Assembly: GCF_006716425.1 (NCBI RefSeq)
Contig: NZ_VFOZ01000001.1
Span: 7,241,237 to 7,273,236 of the forward strand
Source of the DNA: Actinoallomurus bryophytorum
GTDB taxonomy: Bacteria; Actinomycetota; Actinomycetes; Streptosporangiales; Streptosporangiaceae
Length of the DNA: 32,000 nucleotides
Direction of reading: 5' to 3'
Part shown: in pieces, positions 7,881 to 17,303 of the stretch
Position numbering within the stretch: the stretch's first letter is position 1
Layout of the letters: each line of letters starts with the position of its first letter
Program-made: the position numbers and the translations under genes
The notes under the pieces: generated by a model
The model's database searches: none
Seen by the model: only the letters and a program-made list of their open reading frames with translations
What the model was told of the DNA's origin: nothing

Positions 7881-8993
7881 TCACAGGCCGAAAACGCCGC
7901 GGAGCTCGGTGAAGAGCGCCTCGTAACCGTCGCGGCCGAAGGCGGCAGTGGCCGCGGAGAGCGCGTCGAGGGCGGCCCGCAGCGGCTCGTCCCTCACGGC
8001 GGCGAACAGCGCCGGAACGGCCATCGCCTGCTGTGAGGCGTTGCGCGTGCCGGTCCCGATCGAGGTCACGGTCGTCCGCCGTACGCGAGGGTCGGCGAAG
8101 AGCGTCTCCCACACCCGGGCCCGGTCCTCGAACGGCGGCGGGAGGTCTCGTCCCTGGTCGAGTGCGTCCAGCGCGGGCGTGACCCAGTCGAGGTCGGTGA
8201 GCCCGGCCTCGGCGTACGCACGGTGCGCGGCCCAGCGTGCGATGGCACGCTGCGTCACGGGATCGGCCGCGGCGATCGCCTCGGCCAGGTCACGGTCGAG
8301 CCTCGCCACCGCGCCGGCGTTACCCGTCACTCCGCTTAGCCGCTCGCTCGGCGGCCGTCCGCCCCAGGTGCGCAGTTCACGGGCACGGCGCCGCTCCTCC
8401 TCCTGGCGCTTCTGCTCCCGCCGCCGCTGGAGTTCGGCCTCGGCAAGCTCCTGGGGTGTGGGAGGCGGCGGCGGTGGAGGAATATCGCGGGCGACTCCGT
8501 GCCAGTACGCCGCGGACTCGCTGGTCTGCCGTACGACGCGATCCGGCTCCGGCGCCGCGGGCCAGAACTGCAGGAGGTAACGGTCGATCTCCGGCTCGTC
8601 CTCCCTCCGGGTGTCCGCCGAGTGCGCCGCGTCCATCCCGAGGGCGCAGTAGCGCACCCGGTACGAGGTCCGCGCGAGGTCGAGGTCCCAGGTCGCCTCG
8701 TCACCCCACTCGACGAGCGCGACCCGCGCCGACGCGGGCGTGAAGGACGCCTCCACGACCTCCTCCCAGACCTCGTCGAGCGGCGGCGGGCCCTCGTGCA
8801 GCTCGACCGTGAAACCGATGCTCCCCGTGTGCAGACCGGTGGTGAGGAACAGCGCGCCGGGGGACGCCGCCCCGCAGAGGCCGTTCGACTGGCCGGCGAA
8901 GCATGCCTTCAGCTCGGGGTAGTCCTCGCCGCTCTCGACGTAGATCTGCCGGTAGTGAACGTGCACCTGACCGCTGACGAACGTACGCACCAT
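7881..8993 (-). CDS. Hypothetical two-domain protein (N-terminal beta-rich domain, poly-Pro plus charged helix, C-terminal helical domain)
   Basis: ATG 8993 (MVRTFVSGQVHVHY...) is preceded by GGGAGGA. GC3 is high. A central PPPPPPPTPQELAEAELQRRREQKRQEEERRRARE linker is visible. I recognised no family. Confidence 0.6.
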   Translation of the reverse strand: MVRTFVSGQVHVHYRQIYVESGEDYPELKACFAGQSNGLCGAASPGALFLTTGLHTGSIGFTVELHEGPPPLDEVWEEVVEASFTPASARVALVEWGDEATWDLDLARTSYRVRYCALGMDAAHSADTRREDEPEIDRYLLQFWPAAPEPDRVVRQTSESAAYWHGVARDIPPPPPPPTPQELAEAELQRRREQKRQEEERRRARELRTWGGRPPSERLSGVTGNAGAVARLDRDLAEAIAAADPVTQRAIARWAAHRAYAEAGLTDLDWVTPALDALDQGRDLPPPFEDRARVWETLFADPRVRRTTVTSIGTGTRNASQQAMAVPALFAAVRDEPLRAALDALSAATAAFGRDGYEALFTELRGVFGL

Positions 8994-9227
8994 GCCGTCC
9001 TCCCGCCCGCAGAGCCTGCCACCGGGCACCGACAGATCGGCGCGCGGCCTGACGCGCCATCCGCGGCGGTGCCGCGCTGGCGTACCGCGTCGCTCTTTCG
9101 ACGGCCTCGGTTTCGCGAAGGGCAGGAGATCCGGCCAGAACGGCGCTGCGGGCCCAGTGATCACACGCAGGTCTTGCGATGATGCGAATCCGGAGGTCTT
9201 CGCGCTAACCGGTTCTCGAGGAGCGTC

Positions 9228-9821
9228 ATGTGGCACGACATGCTGTCCGTCCAGATCCCCATCGTGGAGAAGGTGCTGCGGACCGTCGCGGTCTACGTGC
9301 TCATCGTGCTGCTGTTCCGCGTGGCGGGAAAACGGGGCCTGGCGAACCTCAACACCTTCGACTTCGTGGTGATCTTCCTGCTGTCCAACGTGGTGCAGAA
9401 CGCGATCATCGGTAGCGACAACAGCCTGCTCGGCGGGGTCATCGGCGCCGTGACCCTCGTCGCCATCAACGCGCTGCTGAACAGATGGCTGGCCGTCGAC
9501 GAACGCGCCGTACGCCTGCTGGAAGGGACACCGACCACCGTCATCGACGACGGTCTGCTGCTCACCCGGCCGCTCAAACGGCTCGGGCTACGGCCGGGGG
9601 AGGTCGAGCACGCGATCCGTGTCCAGAACGGCGAGACCACGGGCGACGTCGCCCTGGGGCGGCTGGATCCCGACGGCCAGTTCATCATCGTGCTCAAGTC
9701 GTCCGCACAGAACGCCACCCGCGGTGACGTCGCCGAGCTCGAGACCCGCCTGGCCGCCATCGAGGAGCTGCTGAGCACGCTGGCCGGCCGTCGGCCCGGC
9801 GCCCCCCGATCACCCGAGTGA
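9228..9821 (+). CDS. DUF421 (YetF-like) membrane protein
   Basis: The N-terminal transmembrane segments, RVAGKRGLANLNTFDFVVIFLLSNVVQNAI and the soluble C-terminal domain fit DUF421. GAGGAG lies 4 nt before the ATG. Confidence 0.75.
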   Translation: MWHDMLSVQIPIVEKVLRTVAVYVLIVLLFRVAGKRGLANLNTFDFVVIFLLSNVVQNAIIGSDNSLLGGVIGAVTLVAINALLNRWLAVDERAVRLLEGTPTTVIDDGLLLTRPLKRLGLRPGEVEHAIRVQNGETTGDVALGRLDPDGQFIIVLKSSAQNATRGDVAELETRLAAIEELLSTLAGRRPGAPRSPE

Positions 9822-9840
9822 ACGAACGGCGACAGGACTT

Positions 9841-10293
9841 TCACGCACGGTCGGTGTCTTCCGGCCAGGTCCATCGCGGGACCTCACGTAGGGGATGGAG
9901 GTCGGCATCGGTTTCGGCGTGGGAGTTCTGCCAGGCGACCTGCGAGCCGAACTCGACGTGGGAGCGGACCGCTTCGCGGAACGGCTCGTCGTCGGGCAGT
10001 CCGGCCTCGTCGAGCGCCTCCAGGTACAGCGCCACGAAACGCCTTCGCTGCTCCTCGGTGATCTCCATGTGCCGGTGCGCCTGGATGATGTGGCCGAAGC
10101 CCAGCTCCCGGGTGAACCGGTCGGGCCCGCCGAAGGACTCCGCCGTGAACCAGGTCAGGTGTTCGACATGGTGGGGCCGGCGCTCGGGGAACAACGGCTG
10201 GAGAACCGGGTCGGCGAGGACCTTCGTGTAGAAGAGCTCTTCCAGCCGGTGCAGTCCGTCATCACCCCCGGCGTGGGTGTAGAGGCTCGGCAT
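9841..10293 (-). CDS. Truncated (2-on-2) hemoglobin family protein
   Basis: GGDDGLHRLEELFYTKVLADPVLQPLFP...FGGPDRFT...HRHMEITEEQRRRFVALYLEALDEAG matches the trHb pattern. ATG 10293 follows GGAGG. Confidence 0.7.
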   Translation of the reverse strand: MPSLYTHAGGDDGLHRLEELFYTKVLADPVLQPLFPERRPHHVEHLTWFTAESFGGPDRFTRELGFGHIIQAHRHMEITEEQRRRFVALYLEALDEAGLPDDEPFREAVRSHVEFGSQVAWQNSHAETDADLHPLREVPRWTWPEDTDRA

Positions 10294-10418
10294 TGCAGGA
10301 CCTCCGTGGCCGCGTGACGACCCGGCCGATGACATTGAACCGTGCACAGTAACTCACGGCACGGGCCGGCGGCGCTACGGCCGTGGGGAAACGGCCGCCT
10401 CGATACACTTGCGGGATC

Positions 10419-11057
10419 ATGGACACCACCTCGGCGGAGCAGGGCCGCGCCCGGGGCCGCAACCCGCGTGGCCAGGGTGAACGCCTGCGTGAGGACATCA
10501 TCGCCGCGGCTCTCCGGCTGCTGGAGGAGCTCGCCGACGACCAGGCGCTGTCGCTGCGCGCCGTGGCGCGCGACATCGGCATCGCCGCGACCTCGGTCTA
10601 CATCCACTTCGCCGACCGGGACGCCCTCGTGCTCGCCGCCCTGAAGCGCTGTCACGACGATCTCATGCACGACGTCGACCGGGCCGAGGCCACCTCCGCC
10701 GACCCGGTGGCCCAGCTGCGCGCCCGTACTCTCCTGCACGGCGAGTGGGCCCACCGGCACCCCGGCCTGTACAAGGTGCTGCACGAGAGCACGCTCAACC
10801 AGCGGACCGGTATGCCCTTCAAGAGTGAGCTCGGTGACCGCACCACCGCGATGATCCAGCGGTGCATGGACGCAGGCCTCGCCCCGGCCGGCGACGCCGC
10901 GGCCGTCTCGCTGGACCTGCGAGCGGCCGTGCACGGCAGCGTCTCCATGCGTGTCAACCAGCCTGACCTGTCCTGGCCGCCGCTGGACGAACAGGTCGAC
11001 CGGTTCCTCACCAAACTGGTCGGTGTCACGCTCCCGCCGCCGGCGCTCAGCCCTTGA
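10419..11057 (+). CDS. TetR/AcrR family transcriptional regulator
   Basis: HTH REDIIAAALRLLEELADDQALSLRAVARDIGIAATSVYIHFADRD. The gene is divergent from the hemoglobin gene, and its 3' end overlaps the convergent permease gene by 11 bp. The start is uncertain (ATG 10419 or GTG 10383). Confidence 0.8.
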   Translation: MDTTSAEQGRARGRNPRGQGERLREDIIAAALRLLEELADDQALSLRAVARDIGIAATSVYIHFADRDALVLAALKRCHDDLMHDVDRAEATSADPVAQLRARTLLHGEWAHRHPGLYKVLHESTLNQRTGMPFKSELGDRTTAMIQRCMDAGLAPAGDAAAVSLDLRAAVHGSVSMRVNQPDLSWPPLDEQVDRFLTKLVGVTLPPPALSP

Positions 11058-11862
11058 CCGCGCCGGAGAGCATCCCCCGGATGAACTGCCGCTGGAAGAA
11101 CACATAGAGGCCGACGACCGGCACCGAGATCAGCAGCGCCGCAGCGGCGAGCAAATTGATCTTCACCAGGAAGCGGCCGGAGAACGCGCCGAGCCCGAGT
11201 GTCAGCGGCTGGTGCGCGGGGTCGGACACGAGGATCAGGGAGAGGAAGTAGTCGTTCCAGGTCCACATGAAGCTCAGCAGGATCAGCGTCGTGATCGCCG
11301 GCCGGGAGATCGGCAGATAGATGCGCCACAGCCTCGTCCAGGAGTTCGCGCCGTCCATCGCGGCCGACTCGCCGATGCCGGCCGGGACGGTACGGAAGGC
11401 CGCGCGCATCCAGAAGGTGCCGAAGCCCACCGACATGCCGACGTGGGCGAGGATGATGCCCTGGTAGGTGTCGGTGAGGTGGAACGACAGGAAGTCGTAG
11501 TACAGCGGGACGACGATCGACTCCATGGGGATCATGATCCCGAGCAGGATGAGCGGGAACAGCGCCTTCTCGCCCACCACCCCGAGCACGCCGAAGGCGT
11601 AGCCGCTCATCACCGCGAGCACCGTGGAGACGACCACGACGCAGCCCGTGATGATCAGGCTCGACTTGAGATAGTGGGTGAAGCCCGCCTGGGTCCAGGC
11701 GGTGACGAAGTTCGACCACTGGGCGTGGCCGAGGTCGAGCGTGCCCGTGGTGTTGGGGCTGATCGCGACCCCGAAGATCCACACGATGGGGAACAGCACG
11801 CTGACGGCGAGAAGCGTCAGCAGCGTGTAGTTGAAGATCTTTTCTCGCCTGGTGATCGTCAT
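11047..11862 (-). CDS. Carbohydrate ABC transporter permease (MalG/BPD type)
   Basis: 271 aa with six hydrophobic segments and an EAA-like loop GESAAMDGANSWTRLWRIYLPISRPA. An ATGA overlap links it to the upstream permease fragment. Confidence 0.85.
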   Translation of the reverse strand: MTITRREKIFNYTLLTLLAVSVLFPIVWIFGVAISPNTTGTLDLGHAQWSNFVTAWTQAGFTHYLKSSLIITGCVVVVSTVLAVMSGYAFGVLGVVGEKALFPLILLGIMIPMESIVVPLYYDFLSFHLTDTYQGIILAHVGMSVGFGTFWMRAAFRTVPAGIGESAAMDGANSWTRLWRIYLPISRPAITTLILLSFMWTWNDYFLSLILVSDPAHQPLTLGLGAFSGRFLVKINLLAAAALLISVPVVGLYVFFQRQFIRGMLSGAVKG

Positions 11863-12197
11863 TTGTCATCCTCGGAGAGCCTGACCACGACCAGCGCGAC
11901 GATCAGGGAGACGATCGCGAGCACGACCCCGATGGCGGCCGCGGCGCCGACGTCGGGGTTGGCGAAGGCGCGCTGGTAGAGCACGATCGTGGGGGTGATG
12001 GTGGAGGTGCCCGGCCCGCCGCGGGTGGTGAGCCAGACGATGTCGAACACCCGGATCGCGCCCAGCACCGTAAGGGTCACCACGACGGCGACCTGGCCGC
12101 GCAGCCCCGGCAGGGTGACGGCGAAGAACTCACGAAGCGGCCCGGCGCCGTCCACGCGGGCCGCGTCGTACAGCTCCGACGGGATGGACTGCCCCGG
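11859..12197 (-). pseudogene. 5'-truncated carbohydrate ABC permease (MalF type), C-terminal ~110 aa only
   Basis: The reading frame gives ...PGQSIPSELYDAARVDGAGPLREFFAVTLPGLR... (EAA loop onward). Family members are about 300 aa. Recognisable sequence stops at about 12197, where the opposite-strand acylase fragment begins. Confidence 0.7.
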
Positions 12198-12199
12198 CC

Positions 12200-13765
12200 A
12201 TGCCCTGGCTCTGGTACCAGGAGGGACTGCACTGCCGCGTCGGCGCGAGCGGTGCGCTCACCGCGGCCTGCCCGTACGACGTCAGCGGCTTCACCTTCTC
12301 CGGCGTGCCGGGCGTCGTGATCGGGCACAACCAGCGGATCGCCTGGGGCTTCACCAACCTCGGGCCGGACGTGAGCGACCTGTACCTGGAGCGCGTCAGC
12401 GGCGGCACCTATGAGTACAAGGGAAAGCGGGAACCGCTCCAGACCCGGACCGAGCGGATCGCGGTCGCCGGCGCCAAGCCGGTGACCATCACCGTACGGG
12501 CGACACGGCACGGCCCGCTGCTGTCCGACGCGATGGACGAGGCGCGCAGGGCCGGCAACGGGCTCGCCGTCGCGCTCCGTTGGACCGCGCTGGACCCCGG
12601 CCGAACCGCCGACGCGATCGGGCTGTTGAACGGCGCGCGGAACTGGCCGGAGTTCCGCACCGCCGCGGCGTCCTTCGAGGTGCCCGCGCAGAACCTCGTC
12701 TACGCCGACGTGGACGGGAACATCGGCTACCAGGCGCCCGGCCGGATACCGATACGTACGAAGGGGGACGGGACGTCGCCGGCCGAGGGCTGGACCGGGA
12801 AGCTGGAGTGGAAGGGTTTCATCCCGTTCGCCGACCTGCCCTCCGCGTACGACCCGAAGCAGGGCTACATCGTCACCGCCAACAACGCCGCCACCGGGCC
12901 GGGCTACCCGAACCTGCTGACCAAGGACTGGGCGTACGGGTACCGCGCGGCGCGCATCGAGGAGCTGATCCGGCAGACACCCCGGATGGACGTCGCGGGG
13001 ATGGGCCGGATCCAGCTGGATGACCGCAACGGGTTCGCGCCGACGCTGGTGCCGCACCTGCTGCGGGTGGGATCCGGCCCGGCGGCGGGGCTGCTGCGCG
13101 GCTGGGACTTCACCCAGGGTGCGGACTCCGCGCCGGCGGCGTACTACGACGCGGTCTACCGGCACGTGCTGCTGCGGACGTTCGACGACGAGCTGCCCGA
13201 CGGCGCCCGCCCCGATGGCGGCGACCGATGGTTCGAGGTGTTGCGGAACCTGCTGGACCGGCCGGACGACCCCTGGTGGGACGACGTGGGCACGGCCGGG
13301 GTCAAGGAGACCCGCGACGACATCCTGCGGCTCGCGATGAAGGATGCCGACGGTGAACTGCGCCACCGGCTGGGCGACGACCCGGCGAAGTGGAAGTGGG
13401 GCGACCTGCACCGGCTCGAGTTGAGGAACGAGACGTTCGGGGACTCGGGCATCGGGCCGATCGAGTGGCTGTTCAACCGCGGCCCGCTCGAACTGGCCGG
13501 GGGCGACTCGCTGGTGGACGCGACCGGCTCGGACGTCCAGACCGGGTACGGGGTCGACTGGGTGCCCTCGATGCGCATGATCGTCGATCTCGCCGACACG
13601 GACCGGTCGCGGTGGGTGAACCTCACCGGCGCCTCGGGCCACGCCTTCGATGACCACTACTGGGACCAGGCGAAACTCTGGGCGCGTGGCGAGACCACGC
13701 CGATGCGCTCGGCGCCGGAGACGATCCGGCGGGAGGCACGCGAGACGCTCACGCTGACCCCCTGA
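12200..13765 (+). pseudogene. 5'-truncated penicillin amidase / acylase (Ntn hydrolase) family gene
   Basis: 521 aa starting MPWLWYQEGLH...GVPGVVIGHNQRIAWGFTNLGPDVSDLYLE...HGPLL...GNIGYQAPG...VTANN are conserved mid and C-terminal blocks of PF01804-type acylases. Full-length members are about 800 aa or more. The alpha chain and the beta-chain N-terminal Ser nucleophile region are absent. Confidence 0.7.
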
Positions 13766-13859
13766 CCATGGGCCGTGCACGACCGCCACGCCAAACCCCG
13801 TGTGACGGAAAGAACACGGTCCGACGCGGGAGTGCCGTTATCCTGCGCAAGGGACTGCT

Positions 13860-13906
13860 GGGGGGCAGGGGGGTGCGTCATCACCGATCTGGGGGGATCC
13901 GGGGGG
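13860..13906 (+). other. Canonical G-quadruplex motif (four G6 runs)
   Basis: G6 runs lie at 13860-13865, 13868-13873, 13891-13896 and 13901-13906, directly 5' of the preferred PP2C start at 13916. Confidence 0.6.
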
Positions 13907-13915
13907 CCAGGACCG

Positions 13916-14938
13916 ATGCTGCGGTGGCTGCCGTTCGTCGCGATGGGCGCGGTCGGTCTTTGCGACATGCTGGCCGGTCCGGACGTGAGGTTCCGGCCGT
14001 TGCTCGCGCTCGGCCCGGCGTTCGCGGCGCTGTGGTGCGGAATGCGGCGTACCGCGCTGGTGGGGACGGCGGCGATTCTTCTGAGCGTGCTGCTCAGTTC
14101 TTACCATCACGCGCTCGGCAGGCGGCAGAACACTCTGGGCCTCGCGATGCTGGCCGGCATCACGGTCGCGAGCGTCTTCGCCAGCTCCGGACGGCAGAAG
14201 CGCGAGCGCGTGCTCGCCGACGTGCGGTCCGTGGCGGAGGTGGCGCAGCAGGTCCTGCTGCGCCCGGTGCCGCGCCGCGTGGGCACGGTGCACGTCGCGG
14301 TCAGCTACACCTCCGCGACGGCCGAGGCCCGGATCGGCGGTGACCTGTACGAGGTCGCCTCGACCCGGTCCGGGGTCCGCGTCATCGTCGGCGACGTCCA
14401 GGGCAAGGGGCTGGAAGCGGTGGAGACGGCGGCGGCCGTGCTCGGCGCCTTCCGCGAGGCCGCCTACGACGAGCCCGAGCTCACCGGCGTCGTGGCACGG
14501 ATCGAGACGGCGCTGAGCCGTCAGCTGTCCGGTGAGAAGTTCGTGACCGCGGTCCTGGCCGAGTTCGACGACAATGCCACCGTGACGCTGCTCAACTGCG
14601 GACATCCATCACCACTGGTCCTCAGCCAAAGTGGCATCGGGGTCTTCGCCGAGCCGGCCGACGTCGCGCCGCCCCTGGGCCTGACCGAGCTGGTGGACGC
14701 TCGGCCCTGTCCGTACACCGTGGAGTTCGCGCCCGGTGACCGGATGCTGTTCTACACCGACGGGGTGGTCGAGGCCCGTGACGGCGAGGGCCGGTTCTAT
14801 CCGCTGGCCGATCGTTCCGGCCTGCTGAAGGCGGCCGACCCGGAACACGCGCTGGCGGAGCTGCGCTCCGACGTCCTGCGGCATGTGGGCGGGCGTATCA
14901 CCGACGACGCGGCGATGCTGCTCGTACGCCGCCGGTGA
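13916..14938 (+). CDS. PP2C-family (SpoIIE-type) serine phosphatase with N-terminal membrane segments
   Basis: Hydrophobic N-terminus followed by GGDLYEV...VIVGDVQGKGLEAV...TAVLAEFD...LLNCGHPSPL...FYTDGVVEAR...DDAAMLLV, all SpoIIE/PP2C motifs. The start is uncertain; the ORF is open from 13775. Confidence 0.8.
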   Translation: MLRWLPFVAMGAVGLCDMLAGPDVRFRPLLALGPAFAALWCGMRRTALVGTAAILLSVLLSSYHHALGRRQNTLGLAMLAGITVASVFASSGRQKRERVLADVRSVAEVAQQVLLRPVPRRVGTVHVAVSYTSATAEARIGGDLYEVASTRSGVRVIVGDVQGKGLEAVETAAAVLGAFREAAYDEPELTGVVARIETALSRQLSGEKFVTAVLAEFDDNATVTLLNCGHPSPLVLSQSGIGVFAEPADVAPPLGLTELVDARPCPYTVEFAPGDRMLFYTDGVVEARDGEGRFYPLADRSGLLKAADPEHALAELRSDVLRHVGGRITDDAAMLLVRRR

Positions 14939-15023
14939 GCACTCCTGGTGCTCGTGTGAACGGTGATGTCTCCTGGAGGGAAGTGCGCTCGACCCGCTTC
15001 GCTACTCCTCATGCATGGCAAAG

Positions 15024-15048
15024 AGCCCACTACTAAGAGTAGTGGGCT
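15024..15048 (+). terminator. Perfect hairpin after the PP2C gene
   Basis: AGCCCACTACT (15024-15034), loop AAG, AGTAGTGGGCT (15038-15048), in a lower-GC spacer. Confidence 0.55.
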
Positions 15049-15362
15049 ACTGAAAGTAATCAGCGCTGGTCATCGGGGGCGTCGAAGAGACTCGCCCCCG
15101 GTCCGCCATGCCATTCGATAGGAGCGCGAATGTCGGGGAGAGTACGCGACCATCTTGTCCGGGAGGGGCCGCCGGCGCCCATGATGACGCGATGTCGCCG
15201 GGGCGCGCCGGCCGCGAGACCGGCGCCCTCGTCCACGACGCGGCCGGCGAAGCCGGGGTTACCGCCGGGGGCGCGTCCGGGTGACCGGACGGGGGGCGCC
15301 CCCGCACGGTCACCGATCCACGCGATGGGCCGGTGGTCCAGGCCCAGGTGTGGAGGTGCCGC

Positions 15363-16613
15363 ATGATCGCCACACTGCGGCAGTTCAGGTCCTTCGGCCG
15401 GCCGGCCCAGATCCTGTTCGTCAACGAGATCGGCGTGTCCATCGCCCTTCTCATGCTTGTGCCCTACCTCGCCGACCACCTGGTGCACGGCATCGGGGTC
15501 GCCGTATGGATCGTCGGCATCGTGATGAGCCTGCGGCACTTCAGCGAGGGACTCTTCGTGATCGGCGGCACGCTCGCCGACCGCATCGGCTACAAACCTA
15601 TGATCGTCGCCGGCTGCCTGCTCAAGGCCGGCGGATGCGGGATGTTCGCCATATTCACGAGCCTGCCGTGGCTGATCGCCGCCTCGGTGATCACGGGCAT
15701 CTCCAGCGCGCTCTTCATTCCCGCGAACCGCGCCTACCTCGCGCACGAGGAGAGCGAGCGGATCGTCGACGCGTTCGCGGTCTTCAGCGTCTGCCGCCGT
15801 CTCGGGGTCCTGGTCGGACCGCTCGTCGGCATTCCGCTGGTTCACTTCGGGTTCCGCGCGGTGAGCCTGACCGCGGTCGTGATCCTGGTCGCGCTCGCGG
15901 TGGCGCAGTGGCGCCTGCTGCCCGCCGTCGTCGGACCGGAGACCGGTTCGTCCCGGCCCATCTGGGCGGACTGGCGCGAGGCGCTGAGCAACCGGCCGTT
16001 CCTGGCGTTCGCCGCGACGATGTTCGCCTCGTACGCGCTCCACTTCCAGGTCACCTTCGGCCTGCCATTGGAGATCCGGCGCATCTCGGGCGGGCACGCC
16101 GGCATGACGGCCCTGTTCGTGATCTCCGCCGTGCTCGGCCTGGCTCTGCAGGTACGCCTCATCACCTGGTGTGAGAGGCGATGGACACCGGGACAGGCCA
16201 TGGTCCGCGGGCTGATCGTCATGGGTGTGGCGTTCGTCCCGATGATGCTGCCGGCGTTGCACGGCCCGACCGTCGTCCGGCTGATGCCGATCCTGCTGTG
16301 CGCCGCGACGCTGAGCATCGGGTCGATGATGCTGCATCCGTTCGAGATGGCCACGATCGCCAACCTCGCCGACGGCCGGGTGATCGGCACGTACTACAGC
16401 GTGAACAACCTGCTGTCGGGCTTCGGCGGGGTCTTCGGCAACCTGGTCAGCGCGGCCGCGATCAGTCTGTCCCAGACGACGGGGATCGCGAGCCTGCCGT
16501 GGCTGGGCCTGCTGCTCCTCGGGCTGTCCTCGGCCGCCTGCCTGAGGCTCGTCGACCGCGGCGACCGGCTGACGCCGCGTCGTCTGCAGCCACAGAACGC
16601 GGCGGCGCCGTGA
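15363..16613 (+). CDS. MFS transporter
   Basis: About 416 aa with roughly 12 hydrophobic segments and the GGTLADRIGYKP loop motif between TM2 and TM3. GGAGG (15352-15356) lies 6 nt before ATG 15363. Confidence 0.8.
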   Translation: MIATLRQFRSFGRPAQILFVNEIGVSIALLMLVPYLADHLVHGIGVAVWIVGIVMSLRHFSEGLFVIGGTLADRIGYKPMIVAGCLLKAGGCGMFAIFTSLPWLIAASVITGISSALFIPANRAYLAHEESERIVDAFAVFSVCRRLGVLVGPLVGIPLVHFGFRAVSLTAVVILVALAVAQWRLLPAVVGPETGSSRPIWADWREALSNRPFLAFAATMFASYALHFQVTFGLPLEIRRISGGHAGMTALFVISAVLGLALQVRLITWCERRWTPGQAMVRGLIVMGVAFVPMMLPALHGPTVVRLMPILLCAATLSIGSMMLHPFEMATIANLADGRVIGTYYSVNNLLSGFGGVFGNLVSAAAISLSQTTGIASLPWLGLLLLGLSSAACLRLVDRGDRLTPRRLQPQNAAAP

Positions 16614-16655
16614 GCGTGCGCGTCGCGCGGGCGTGACGGTGGCACCGCCACTCGT

Positions 16656-17228
16656 TCACCCCTGCGCGGCGCGCCCGTCCGGGGCCGGCGTGAACGGCGC
16701 GCCGTGACCGGGGATGATGAGGCCGGGGCGCAGCGCGAGCAGGCGCTCGCGGGAGACACGCAGCTCGTCCAGGTCCTCGGCGCGCGGGTCCACCTCCGGC
16801 CCGTCCGCGGTCCACCACAGATGGGTGGCGGCGACCAGGCCGGTGCCGGTCTCGGCGAGCGTCGTGATGTCCTCGCTCGTGTGCCCGGGCGTGCGCATGA
16901 GGTGCACGGACTCCGACAGCGCGAATCCGTCGGCGTCCCGGTCCTCCCACAGGTCACCGGAGTAGATCGCCCAGTGGTCGTGGAACCGCGCCGCCGGGAA
17001 CAGCGCGGCGTTGAGCGTGTGGTCCGGATGGTGATGGGAGAACACCACGTCGGTGACGTCCCCGACGGCGAAGCCGAGCTCGGCGAGCGGGTCCAGGATC
17101 AGTCGCCGGTCCGCCACCATGCCCGGGTCCACGACGGCCACCAGGTCGCCGTCGTGGATCAGCGTGACCGTACCGGCGACGCGGTCACCGGCATAGCCGC
17201 AGGTCAGAACGTGAACCGTAGCCGTCAT
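16656..17228 (-). CDS. MBL-fold metallo-hydrolase
   Basis: The HxHxDH motif (SHHHPDH), TPGHT and PGHG are present. ATG 17228 follows GAGGGGGA. Confidence 0.85.
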   Translation of the reverse strand: MTATVHVLTCGYAGDRVAGTVTLIHDGDLVAVVDPGMVADRRLILDPLAELGFAVGDVTDVVFSHHHPDHTLNAALFPAARFHDHWAIYSGDLWEDRDADGFALSESVHLMRTPGHTSEDITTLAETGTGLVAATHLWWTADGPEVDPRAEDLDELRVSRERLLALRPGLIIPGHGAPFTPAPDGRAAQG

Positions 17229-17303
17229 GGCGTCCCCCTCAACCCGATTGACCGAACCCGTGGTCCCTTGATGACCACCACGGGTTCCATTGTCGCGGGA
17301 CGC

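Noticed and set aside
6658-8112. 484-aa minus-strand ORF spanning the LLM oxidoreductase, the repeat tract and the 3' end of the hypothetical gene. A GTGA overlap with the stop of the 7881-8993 gene at about 7881 looked like translational coupling into a short membrane-like segment (VAAAILTMYGVAGPSALPVGLIAW).
   Set aside because: The ORF is antisense to a well-supported gene for most of its length. It is Arg/Gly/Pro-rich, runs through the microsatellite array and has no sensible stop. At most the first ~40 codons could be a remnant. This is a typical high-GC shadow ORF.
8994-9236. An N-terminal extension of 81 codons on the 7881-8993 gene
   Set aside because: The extension would overlap the divergent DUF421 gene start and is Arg/Pro-rich. 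ATG 8993 has a strong GGGAGGA box.
12077-13789. 570-aa minus-strand ORF
   Set aside because: It is antisense to the penicillin-acylase-family fragment, whose plus-strand translation shows clear family motifs. The minus-strand product is Arg/Pro/Val-rich and low in complexity.
15049-15362. GC-rich 310-bp gap before the MFS gene, with ORFs on both strands (15130-15366 plus; 15047-15454 minus)
   Set aside because: The translations are Pro/Arg/Gly-rich with no motifs and no RBS. The gap may be a long 5'-UTR or decayed sequence. I could not support a gene call.
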